A DNA stretch of 64,000 nt from Camelus ferus (lineage: Eukaryota). Both the position numbers and the translations under genes were made by a program. Where the stretch lies: NCBI RefSeq assembly GCF_009834535.1, contig NC_045701.1, forward strand, positions 5,518,001 through 5,582,000. Direction: 5' to 3'. Shown one piece after another: positions 36,930-47,986 of this stretch (positions are counted from its first letter, which is position 1; each line of letters starts with the position of its first letter). The notes under the pieces were generated by a model. That model had not been told where the DNA came from. It did not search any database and saw only the letters and a program-made list of their open reading frames with translations.

Positions 36930-37950
36930 ACGTCCCAGGGAACCCGAGACACGGGGCCGAACGCAACCCCCCCCCCCACCGCCTCCACCTACAGCCCCTT
37001 CTGCGAAAGAAAGTGCTGCTTCCAGAAGCTTCTCAGCATCACTCCTGCTTCCCACCTCGGTTCTTTGACTTTAGACCAGAGAGATGAAAAGGAAGGGCTG
37101 CGGAGAACAGGCAGGGCCCCTCCCCAGAGCCCGACGCCTGCTGGCCCAGGTGCTCCAGGTGCGGCCCGAGGCGGGGGGAGGGGTGGCGGGGAAGGTGGGC
37201 TCCGCCGGCCGCAGTGGGGCGGACGGCGGGGGAGGCGCCCCCGGGGGTGGGTGATGGGTGGGTCCCTTACGGTCTCCCTCAGCTTCCTCTCGTAGTCCAG
37301 CTCGCGCTGCAGGCTGCCCGCGCGCTCCTCCGCGGTGTCCGCCTGCTCCTGCAGGCTCCGGATCTTCCTCCGCACCGCCTCCAGCGAGCTGCTCCCCGCC
37401 ATCGCACCGGGCGGCGGCGGCGGGCCGGCAGGCAGGCGGGCTGCGCTCGGAGAGGCCGGCTGCTGCGCTCCTGCCGCCGCTGCCGTTGCCGCACTCGGAC
37501 CGCCCGGCCGCCCCGCCCAGGCCGCGGTGCGAGACGGCGGCGCCCCCTGCTGCCGAGGCACAGCCCGGAAGTCGCAGCCTCCCGGGCGGCGCAGGCGAAC
37601 CGCAGGCGAGTGCGCGAGCGCCGGGGGCGGGCCCAGCGGGCGGGGCGGGGCGCGGGCCGCGGACCCCGGGAATTCGCCCAGCGCGGGAGGCACTGCGCAT
37701 GCTCACGGCCATGGGGCTGACGGGCGAGGTGCGCGCGCTGCGGGGGCACCTGGCGGGCGGGAGGGCAGCTGCCATGTCAGGAGTTTTACTTCGACTCCCA
37801 GCGCCCTTTCCCGGCGCCGTGGGGACCCTGGGGTAACGGACTTGGCTGCTAAGGGCGATGGTGCCGCCTACTGGCGGCTGGAGGGCTCCGCTCCGGACTC
37901 TCGGATTCCCATGCTCAGGAAGAGGGAAGCCGAGCGAGAGAGGTTTGGGG
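36930..37950. promoter_or_regulatory. CpG island and internal promoter of exon 1b
   Basis: Dense CpG; GC boxes around 37625-37655; NRF1-like TGCGCATGCTCA at 37694-37705. Confidence 0.85.
37271..37402 (-). CDS. TPM1: TPM1 exon 1b coding part, start of short isoforms (MAGSSSLEAVRRKIRSLQEQADTAEERAGSLQRELDYERKLRET)
   Basis: ATG at 37402-37400; 132 nt, 44 aa; ACC|gtaagg donor; lies in its own CpG island. Confidence 0.98.
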
Positions 37951-38412
37951 CCTTAATGTGCCCCCCAAAGGGACTGTTCTCGATGTAAAGAACTCCAGGA
38001 CGCAAGATCGTACCCACAGCAACTCTCCTCCGCCTCATGGAACTCATGAAGTGAAAATCACTATCATACTGTAGATAGGTTAAACCTCCTAATCTAAATG
38101 CAGTCTTCCTAGGTTAGAATCTGGCTTTTAGTTCTCTCCTGGCTATTCCTTTCGACAAATGATTTGACTTCATTTGTAAAAGCGGGGTTCATAGGCGTCC
38201 GTTCCTCATAGGGCTGCTGTGAAAATTATGAAATAAATAGAAAATGCTAAACACAAAACCTTGTATATGATTAACTCAAATGGTAGCCTTAGTATTTAAT
38301 AAATACACAGGTACTGTCTTTTAAGACTCAGACTGGGGTTCATAACCAGCTGTGGGATCTCAGGCCCGCCAGCCTCTCTGGGGCTTACTTTCCTTTCCAT
38401 AAAAACAATCAT

Positions 38413-38566
38413 NNNNNNNNNNNNNNNNNNNNNNNNNNNNNNNNNNNNNNNNNNNNNNNNNNNNNNNNNNNNNNNNNNNNNNNNNNNNNNNNNNNNNNNN
38501 NNNNNNNNNNNNNNNNNNNNNNNNNNNNNNNNNNNNNNNNNNNNNNNNNNNNNNNNNNNNNNNNNN
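38413..38566. other. Assembly gap (154 N) at the 5' edge of an L1 fragment
   Basis: N run seen directly. Confidence 0.99.
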
Positions 38567-38850
38567 AATGTAACAGAAAAGAAACAGACTCACAAATGTA
38601 GACAAGGAACTAGTGGTTACCAGTGGGGAGAGGGAAGCGGGGGAAGGGGCAAGATGGAGGTGGAGGATTAAGAGGTAAAAAGTATCAGTTATAAAATAAG
38701 CTACAAAGAAGTATTGTATAACATGGGGAATATAGCCAATATTTTATAACTATAAATGGAGTATAGCTTTTAAAAATTGTGAGTCACTATACTGTATATC
38801 TGTAACATATAATATTGAACATCAACTATACTTTTATTTAAAAAAATGAT
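38567..38850 (+). mobile_element. L1 3' end fragment
   Basis: aaacagactcacaaatgtagac...ctagtggttaccagtggggag...catcaactatactttt. Confidence 0.85.
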
Positions 38851-39630
38851 ATTGTAAAATAAATACGTAAGTTAAAAAATAGTTAAGATTAAATAAAAAG
38901 AGTCCTTTCTGGTTACAACCTTCTCTGATTTTAGATCAGCCTTTGAGAATCTTCTGGAATCTGACCAATTCTGGGCTGGACTGAGATGCCTTTAAAAGGC
39001 ATGCCAAAGAGGGCTACAGAAACCTAGGAGAGCCTCTAGCTACAGCTGGATGAAAACCAAAGTGGACAAAATCTCTGGGAACTGGCCTCTGCCAATTCTC
39101 CCCTTGGGCTACATTTTAAAATGCCTTCTAAGTCTCAGGGCTCCCCTTCCTCATCTTTAACACAGAAGGCCCTTTAAGTAAATTCCTGTGTTTAAGTGTG
39201 GGAATAATAATGAAAAAGAAAACACACTTGGCAACCCCTCCTCCTCCAAAGCCCTAAGAGCAAAGCTCCTTTGCTTTTCTGACTCATTTGCTTTGGACTT
39301 TCTCACAGCCTCTGCTGAAACACTCACAAACCCCAGCACCGACCCTCACATCCTGTAGGTGGAGCCTCTTGCTTTGTTTCCACACAGTTCATCTAGTCAG
39401 CAAGGAGGTCACAACTCCTTCCTTAAGAGTATAGACTGTGGACCTAACTTTGAGAGTGCGAGAAGGGGGCATCTGGGAGCCTCCAGGAGGAGCCCCAGAA
39501 ACTGCTGGACACGTGCAAATGCTCTAAGCGGCCAACTAGTGACAGTAATGTCCTGCTTTTCAAACACCTGGGAAAGTCAGTTTCAGGTGAGTTCATTTTC
39601 ATGCTGATGTCATTATACAAGAGTTTAGGA

Positions 39631-39794
39631 CAGTTGTTCTCAGCCTTAGCTGCACATTGGAATCACCTGGGTATTTTAAAAATACTAACACCTGAGTTCC
39701 ACTCCCAGAGATTCTAATTGGCCTCGGGTGCAGCCTGGATTTTAAGTTTTCAAACCATCATAGGTGGTTGTTTAGCTAAGGTTGAGAAGCACTG
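39631..39794 (+). mobile_element. MER5A-like hAT MITE with TIRs and an 8-bp TSD
   Basis: TIRs cagttgttctca / tgagaagcactg; TSD gtttagga (39623-39630) / atttagga (39795-39802). Confidence 0.85.
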
Positions 39795-41861
39795 ATTTAG
39801 GAAGCAAAGACCTGCAGGGACTAAGGACTCACATACTGCAGATGTCAGATACATCATAGTTATTGGGGAAGGGGTTGGGGCCAGAGAGAAAAATGGAGCC
39901 CTTGATCCCAAAAAGCCTCACTTAGGTGGGGTGAGAACAAAAAATTCAAAACAAAACCGTCAGAGATCTGACCTTGGGAATTACATGTTTTTAAGTTAGG
40001 AAGAGCCCATTTCTGGAATAGGATTTGTAAAGTATGTTGGTAAATTAGTAGAAAAATGTGAAAATGTTTTACACTGGTGAGTAATAACAGTGCAGTGTCC
40101 TAATCCCAAATGTAATATGATTCTGCCTCAGGAAGCTGACCTCGCTCCTACCTCCTTTCTCTAATGACATCTGTCTCTTCCTCCTTAAGTCTTGACTATT
40201 TTTACTAGTTAGGAATCACTCTAAATATAGCATTTCTTCATAAACTCCTTCCACATTCCTACAGGTTCCAAACAACTTAAGATGTCTTAAAGGGGAAGAG
40301 GATCAATATACTTACTACCGTCCCCCCAACCCCGCCAAAAAAAATGTGTACTATATTAGGGACAGTTTTCCAGTGAGGGGAAAAAAAACAAAACGTAGTT
40401 TCAAAAACCTCCCTCTACTCCTGGCTCCGCCCCCCAAGGTGGCTTTAAATATCCTCTTTTCCACTTCTGCCCTGCCTCATTAGAATGCTCCCTTAAACAA
40501 GGGTTTTCAATAAAGACATGATAGCACCGCGTAGTTATAATAATCATGATTTTTTTTTTCTGTTAAGAATTGTAGTAGCTTTTTTTCTCCTTCTCTTGCT
40601 TTTGGTCTTACTGGGCTGTTTTCAAATTCTCTGCATTCTTTTCCTTATAAGGAATATCTCTCCTTGATCTATCAGCGGCTCTTTTGAAAAAGCTAAATAA
40701 ACGTCCTGCTAGAGAATTTGGGGGAGACAGACATCCTCCATTTAACCATATAAAGAGCAGGCATCTGATCTACATTATAGAAAACAGGCACAGAGTTATA
40801 TGTGTTCTTTGGCTTTTTTTTCTAAAGCCAAGTAGTTTGTAACTTAAATGTTTTAGCTAAATCAGTGCTTCCCTGAACCGCCTTTCCAGGAACCTTGCTT
40901 TTCACTGAAGCTTTCTTTTTGTCAGATTCTAAATGTCCTTTGTCTGGATCTCTCATTTACAAAGCACACTTGAAGATTACGTTTCAAGCCTTTCATGTCA
41001 CAGAAAACTTTTACTGATTTCAAGACCCAGACACTCCTGCAGCCTGCACTTTACTCTCAGAAAATTCTGCTGTTGGACTTGGTAGTTCAATTTCTGGGCA
41101 TAGCTTTCCCCAGTGCTCATACATTCTTGGAATTGTTACTAACTTCCCAAAGAATTCTTTCCTAATTGGGCATCTAGGCTTAATTAGCTTCTAGAATGGA
41201 ATCCAACGGTGTGAAAAGAAGCCAGGCCTTTGGAAATCTAATGCTTGTCTTGACTTAGCAGAAGAGGCAAGCTCTTCAGTTAAAAAGATTCCAGAGGGCA
41301 GCGGACAAAATGCTGGTAGAGCTTTTGCGGTGCGTGCATCACCCCTGAAACTATGTGGTGGTTGTCAGAGGCTGACAGGTGGGGGTGGGGCGAGCAGGAG
41401 AGTCGGGGGCAGCTAGCTCACTATGCCATATAAAGCACTGAGCTATATATAACTCCCAGCTTACTTTTTGGATCTAGTGCCCTCAGACTGCAGACTCAAG
41501 CAAGTATCATCTTCCCAGGCAGATCTTAAGGACTGGATTAAGGCTTCCCTATTGAGAAGGGAGGCCTCAAGGATCTCTGTGGTCCACTACCAAGCTCAGC
41601 CTTCTAAGTAGCACCATGCCATCTTTTCAGTTGAGAGGTCCTCTGTACTCTGACTGGACCCACCACCGAAAACCAGGCCTTCCCACCCACCAGAAATGGC
41701 AAATGGAAAGTCAAGAAAACTAGGTACTCTGTTTGGACCAACCTTGGTGATGACACCTTAGAGGTTTTCTGCCAGCAGGGAGGCAAGGTTCACCTCCAGA
41801 GTCCCAACTTCAGTTGCTCTATTCTCCCAGCTTCTCACCCACCCCCTCTCCACCCCCAAGG

Positions 41862-41990
41862 GTGGGGGAAAGAAGGAGAAAAAAAAAGAGAAGAATGGAT
41901 GAAATAAAAATGAATGTGTGCAGTAGCAGTTGGAGGCAGCATCCAGTGCGCTGGGCCATGGCAGGCTGTGTGCAGGTGTCCAGCAGGAGG
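41862..41990 (-). promoter_or_regulatory. Downstream splicing-repressor region of exon 2b: UGC cluster followed by a pyrimidine tract (DUGC/DY type)
   Basis: Gene strand reads ...ctgctggacacctgc...gatgctgcctccaactgctactgc... then ttcttctcttttttttctccttctttcc; matches the known MBNL/PTB/RBPMS-responsive arrangement. Confidence 0.7.
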
Positions 41991-42085
41991 AGGTGACCCT
42001 CCTCCAATGCTCTCTGGCCCCTGTGGTGACCCCAGAGCAGCCTCAAGGTCAAAAGGTGAGGGAGGCAGTGTGTGGGGGCACTTAC

Positions 42086-42211
42086 GTCGGTGGCCTTTTT
42101 CTCTGCCAGCTCCAGCTTCTCCTGGGCATCTTTAAGAGCCTCGGAGTATTTGTCCAGTTCATCTTCGGTGGCCTTGAGTTTCTTTTGCAGCGACACCAGC
42201 TCGTCTTCCAG
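42086..42211 (-). CDS. TPM1: TPM1 exon 2b, default mutually exclusive exon ([42 protein letters not shown])
   Basis: 126 nt; AG at 42213-42212; GAC|gtaagt donor; translation matches. Confidence 0.99.
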
Positions 42212-42213
42212 CT

Positions 42214-42387
42214 GGGAGTTGGCCGTGGTGGGGGGACGGGGACGGGGATGGGAGGGTGGGGGTGCAGCAGGCAGCGTGATCCCGCAGGAGAGGGGTGTGG
42301 GTGCACAGAACCAGAAGGACAGGGACAGCGGGAAAGAGAAAGGGAAAGACAGGGAGGGAGAGAGAGAGAGAGAGAGACAGAGTTAGC
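42214..42387 (-). promoter_or_regulatory. Exon 2b splicing controls: distant branch point GCTAAC (42387-42382), long pyrimidine tract, UGC/CUG-rich upstream element
   Basis: No AG between the branch motif and the acceptor. Layout matches the described rat alpha-TM exon 3 elements (B3/P3/URE). Confidence 0.85.
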
Positions 42388-42419
42388 TATTCGTGTGTCG
42401 CGCCGCGCGCCCTGGGTAC

Positions 42420-42545
42420 CTTGGCGGCGGTCTCATCGGCGGCCAGGAGGCTGTCCTCGGCCTTGTGCAGCTCCTCCAGCACCCGGTCCCGCTCGTCCTC
42501 CGACGCCCGCAGCAGCTTCTCATTCGCCGCTATGTCCTCCTCCAG
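42420..42545 (-). CDS. TPM1: TPM1 exon 2a, smooth-muscle mutually exclusive exon (LEEDIAANEKLLRASEDERDRVLEELHKAEDSLLAADETAAK)
   Basis: 126 nt; cccag acceptor at 42547-42546; AAG|gtaccc donor; CTAAC branch motif at about 42594-42598 followed by a GC-rich, weak pyrimidine tract. Confidence 0.97.
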
Positions 42546-42598
42546 CTGGGGGGCAGCGGCGAGCGGGCGCGGGCGGCCGGCACGGACCGGGTGTTAGA

Positions 42599-42642
42599 CA
42601 CACACACACACACACACACACAGACACACACACATACAACAC
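42599..42642. repeat. (CA)n microsatellite, (TG)n on the pre-mRNA, directly 5' of the exon 2a branch motif
   Basis: About 20 interrupted CA units seen directly. Confidence 0.95.
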
Positions 42643-43254
42643 AGGGCACCGGGTTGGCTGGGGCCCTTCGGGTTTGGGGCGCCGCGAGTTGGGGTTCAAG
42701 GCTCCCTAGGTAACCCACTTACTCTGTGCTCACTCCGCACCCGCTTCCCACCCCCACCCCGCGCCCCAGGACGAGACTCCTGCCGAGGTCTCAGAGGGCT
42801 CAAGTCCACAATTTGGGGGTGCGGAAAACGTCCCCGTCTCCCCGGCCTTCGGGTCGTGCTCTCTATTCCGCCCCATCTTTGTTTTTAGGAAAACTCTGTG
42901 ACTGACCCTCCTCCCTCCATCGCCCCCCGTTTAAAGTTTTAGTGTCCCCAGTCAAAAGTCCAGAAGAACTTCTAACACTTTCTGGACTTGGTTCCCTTCA
43001 GCCCACCCGCACCCCAAGTTCCGGATCCAAAACTGATTTCTGATTCTGAGAATCAAGTGCCTCTAGGACTTGAATGGACTTCGCGGGCTCTGGGAACCAG
43101 AGAAGGGAAATAAGTGTCCCCAGACAAGAGAAAAAGTTAGAATAAGCCTGCGTCTCGCTCTTTCCCCTTCCCCATTTCGGACGCCCAGGAGTCAGGGTGG
43201 CTCCCCAAGTCCTCGGGGTGAGGCGCCGGGAAGGGGTGCCCGGCCCGGGTCTCA

Positions 43255-43845
<591 letters not shown>

Positions 43846-44394
43846 CTAACCTCTGTTCTGTGCGCCCCCTCCTCTCAGGGTCTACGCCCTGCCTTTAGGG
43901 TCCCCGGCCGAGCCCATCCTGAGTCGCAGGTGGCCGGAGAAGCAAGGCAGGTAGTGGGTGCGTGTCGCCCCGCTGAGCCGCCAGACCCCGGAGCGCTTGG
44001 CATCAGGCCCCGGAGTCCCCGGCAGCCACAGCATCGGCCGCCCACTACGGTGCGCTCCCGGCACCAGCCCCGCGCTTCTTCCCGCCGCTCACAGCTGGCC
44101 CGGCATCAGCCCTGGCTCTCAAGTTCTGGAAACTCATCTGGAGCAGAGAAGGGGAGTACTGGGAGGAAGGCCTAGGAGATGTTCTTGAGGTTCTCAGCTG
44201 ATGGGGGTCAGAACGCCTGGGAATCTGTTTTACTCAGTGCCCTGTACCCCAGCATAGGGGCAGTCATATACTTTTGGGACATAGGACCCAGTTGGCTCAG
44301 TTCTGTGTGTGCCTGCATGTGGTACTTCCGGAAAGGGTGGGGTGTGTTTGTTGCTGTGTAGGTGGGTGGATGTGAGTTTAAGGGGGAAAGGCCA

Positions 44395-44525
44395 TTGAGT
44401 TGAGACTCAGGCAACTTGGACTTTGGTCTCTATCACCAGCAGCTCTGTGACCTTGACAAGTAACTTAGCATCTGTGCTGCAGTTTGCTCATCTTTAAATC
44501 CAGGGGGTAGATGATCCCTGAGGTG
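44395..44525 (+). mobile_element. MIR SINE fragment
   Basis: agctctgtgaccttgacaagtaacttagc...cagtttgctcatctttaaa. Confidence 0.65.
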
Positions 44526-45239
44526 CCTGCAGATCTAACTTGTTATCATTTTTCTTGCACTGATTTTACAGAGTTGGTCTCTTTCCATGTTAGGCACTCA
44601 GGTACTAGGTTGCCAAAACATTGGATAAGTTCTATCCCAGCCAAGTCATTGTATATCCATAGCTTAGGTCTGAGGAGGGAACAGGCCCAGCTCTGTACAG
44701 TGAGCTCTGCTTGGAGGCAGGAGGATTTCCCCTACACCTCTTAGTCCTCCCAGCCCTCACTGGGGAAAAGCCTGCTCTTTTCAGAGCTTTGGTGGGAGGG
44801 GAAAAAGCCCCAAGGCCCTGCTTGAGACTGGCTGAGGCAAGAGTTGGTGAGGGTCTTGTTAACAGTCCCCACAGAATAATTCACAACCTGTACTACATGG
44901 ATACTGAATATTCCCAGACTGTATCTGAGCAGATTAGGCAGGCCAAACAACTTGTAAGTCCTTCAGAGAATGATTAAGTTCCTCTCCAGGATTTTATCAG
45001 GTTTCTTCCGCTAACTCAACTGCCCAGGAGGGAAAAAATACCCTGACCTAATGGTCAGAATGTTAGATCTGTGTACATAGGCACTGCATGGCCCAGAAAT
45101 TCACCAGGACCCTTTAAACACCAGATGTCAACCCATGCACTGGAGCACTGACAAAGTTCAAGGCCTATGGGCAATATACAGGTGTGTGGACTGCAGGGAG
45201 CCAACTCCCCAGCTTGGAGCTCAACATAGGGGGCACGAG

Positions 45240-45460
45240 TAAGACCCCAGAGTTAGATCCTGGGATCCAAACCTGGCCTGGCCACCTCCTTGCAGTCTAG
45301 CCTTAGCCATGTCACAACCTCTTAAAGTCTCAGTTTTCTCTTCTGTTAAGTAGGTACAAAAATTCTTCCCTTAGGGTTGTTACAGGGATGAAAATGAGAT
45401 AAAGAATAGAAAGCATTTTGTCTGGCACATAGCAAAGTACTCAATAAATTGTGGCTGCTT
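45240..45460 (+). mobile_element. MIR SINE fragment
   Basis: ctcagttttctcttctgttaagtagg...gcattttgtctggcacatagcaaagtactcaataaat. Confidence 0.65.
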
Positions 45461-46421
45461 AGGTGGCAGAGGAAAAGTCATTTCTCCTTTCTGAGCCTCA
45501 GTTTTGTCATCTATAAAATGGGGCAACTGAACTAGAGAAGCTCCTGGAGGGACCATATATTACTGACTGTTCTCCACTGTGCCAAACATAGCAGAGGAAC
45601 TTGCTAAAGTTTCCTTAAATGAACTGGTGTTACAGACACTCATTCAGACACACCAATAATGGTCACCTGCAGGCAGACACAAGGCTCTGGGATCCCCAAA
45701 TCGGTAAGACCCATCCATGCTCTCCAGGCATTCAGAATGAGCAGGGGTAGGTATGAAAATTCAGAGGAGGAAGAAACAGAAATGACCAAGTCCAACAAGA
45801 CAGATAAAAACTCTGAAAACTGGTGGTTTTTAAACTGATTTTAGCGGAAGGGTAGCCATTGGGTAGAGAGGAGGATATTGTATGACCAAAGGGAAGAAAA
45901 GGGAATGTTTGATGGTGGTTGAACAGTAGGTTCACTTGGGGGTGAATTGGGACATGAGCCTGGAAAGGTAGATGGGAGGCATGTGGTGAAGGGGCTTGAA
46001 TTCCAGGTTCAGATGTTCAAGTCTCATTGTGTAAGTTGAAGCCATACATTTCTCTTCCCCACCCTGCCCCTCTCACCTAGAGCTATGGTCAGAGGTCAAA
46101 GACTGTGCTCTCCAAATGTGGAAATGGAGCTGTACAAAGCCAGTTTTAAAAACCCCTTGGTACCATATCCTTGATCCCTAGACTGATGGGTTAACATAGC
46201 AGGTCCCTGGACTCAGTCATTTCCACTTCACCTCTGTTGAGATTCTGCCCCATGAATAGCCTGACCATTGGGCAGACTGAACCCAGCTTCATGGACTGCA
46301 CTATCCAGACCTTTCTGTCATCAAGGGCTAGGACCAGCAAAATACCATGACTTAAACAACAGTTTATTCTGTACAGGACAGGTCTCCTGGTCCCTGGATA
46401 GCATCAAGAGGCGTGGGCTGG

Positions 46422-46469
46422 ACAGCTGTGGGATACAGCGTATACACAGCCGTGGGATACAGTGTATAT
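46422..46469 (+). repeat. 24-bp tandem duplication (2 copies, 3 mismatches)
   Basis: acagctgtgggatacagcgtatac / acagccgtgggatacagtgtatat. Confidence 0.85.
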
Positions 46470-46679
46470 CCTTGCTCCCCACCTGACTGGCGGTGACTCA
46501 AGGACAGATCCAGAGGCTAACCAGGGCCCTGCTGTTGTGGCCTGTCAGGCAGAGATGGTCTGTGCCCCTCAGCTTCTCTCTCACTGCAGTTTGAACTAAA
46601 GAGCATGGAAAATACGAATCATTAGCTGAGGCTGCTGAAACAAAAAGGAGTTGCAATCTTGGGCTGGAGATGCCGCGTG

Positions 46680-47050
46680 TGACGGTGATGAAGGCTACTC
46701 ACAAATATTTGTGCCTTCTCTGCAGTCAGGTCTTGGTGAAACTGTACATTCCCACCCAATTAAGTTAGGTGTGGTCATTTGACTTGCTTTAACCAAGGAA
46801 ATGTGAGCCAAAGTGACTTAGGTGGACACTGTCAAAGTTGGCATATGATTCATTATGTTCATTTTTCAAGGCTGTTGCTGTTCTGGGCTCCCAAGTGGCT
46901 CTGGTCAGCAGAACTCCTCCTCTCCCTTCAACTAACCCTCGGTGGACACGTATGTAGTACGAGCCAGATATAAACCTTTGCTGTTTCAGGCCGTTGAGAT
47001 CTGGGGTTGTTTGTTACTGAAGCATAACTAGCTTCTCCTGACTAGCATAC
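46680..47050 (+). mobile_element. MLT1 (MaLR) solo LTR fragment
   Basis: gtggtcatttgacttgctttaaccaagg...aaacctttgctgttt...ttgtttgttactgaagcataactagc. Confidence 0.7.
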
Positions 47051-47519
47051 CACAATAGGCTATGTTATCATTTCAGGTATGAGGAGGCAGAGAAGTCTGG
47101 TTATAGAGAAAGAGAATGGAGTAGACACAGCAAGATAAAGAGAAGCACCACTGAGAGAAAAAAACTGGGAGATGATAACCAAATCTCAGTTCCAGGGGTC
47201 TTCTTAATCACCCCCTTTCTTTCTTGAGGTTACACAAGAGGGTCTGTGTTCACTGAAAGTAAAAAACTGACCAAATCATGGTGGTGTGGGAACCCGCACA
47301 GCATCCTTGATCCAGAAGTTTTGTGTTCTCGCCAAGAATGCCCTTGGAATTTCCAGGAGATTTCTCCAGTACTTGGTATTCAGTCATTTCTCCATAAATG
47401 TTTGTTGAATGGCTGTTTCTTGGCTGTTAACGAAACAAGCCAGTAAGAGAAAGAGTATGTGGGAAGGAAGGTAAGAACATTAGGCTTAAAAGACTTATTT
47501 CCATTCCAAATATGGAGTC

Positions 47520-47986
47520 CATATATACAATGGAATACTAATCAGCCATAAAAAAGAATGAAATAATGCCATTTGCAGCCACATGGATGGACCTAGAGAT
47601 TATCATACTAAGTGAAGTAAATCAAAGACAAATATTATATGAGATTTATATGTGGGATCTAAAAAAAATCACACAGATAAACTTATTTACAAAACAGAAA
47701 CAGACTCACAGACATAGAAAACAAACTCATGGTTACCAAAGGGGAAAGGATAGGGATGGATGAATTAGGAGTTTGGGATTAGCAGATACACACTACTATA
47801 TACAGAATAGATAAACAACAAGGTCCTACTGTATAGCACAAGGAACTATATTCAATTGCTTCTAATAACTTAAAATGAAAAAGAACATGTATATATGTGT
47901 AAACGAGTCACTATGCTATACACCAGAAACTAACACAACATAGTAAACCAACTATACTTCAATAAAACAATTAAAAAATAAAAAAA
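47520..47986 (+). mobile_element. 5'-truncated L1 (ORF2 tail plus 3' UTR)
   Basis: Encodes the remnant MPFAATWMDLEIIILSEV; AATAAA and A-rich tail. Confidence 0.92.

Noticed and set aside
36831-37988. Many overlapping long ORFs (154-234 aa) on both strands
   Set aside because: Stop-poor CpG island; low-complexity Ala/Gly/Pro/Arg translations. Only exon 1b (44 codons) is supported.
47566-47763. ORFs beginning MPFAATWMDLE (also within 52299..52520)
   Set aside because: Remnants of the L1 ORF2 C-terminus in truncated elements, not genes.
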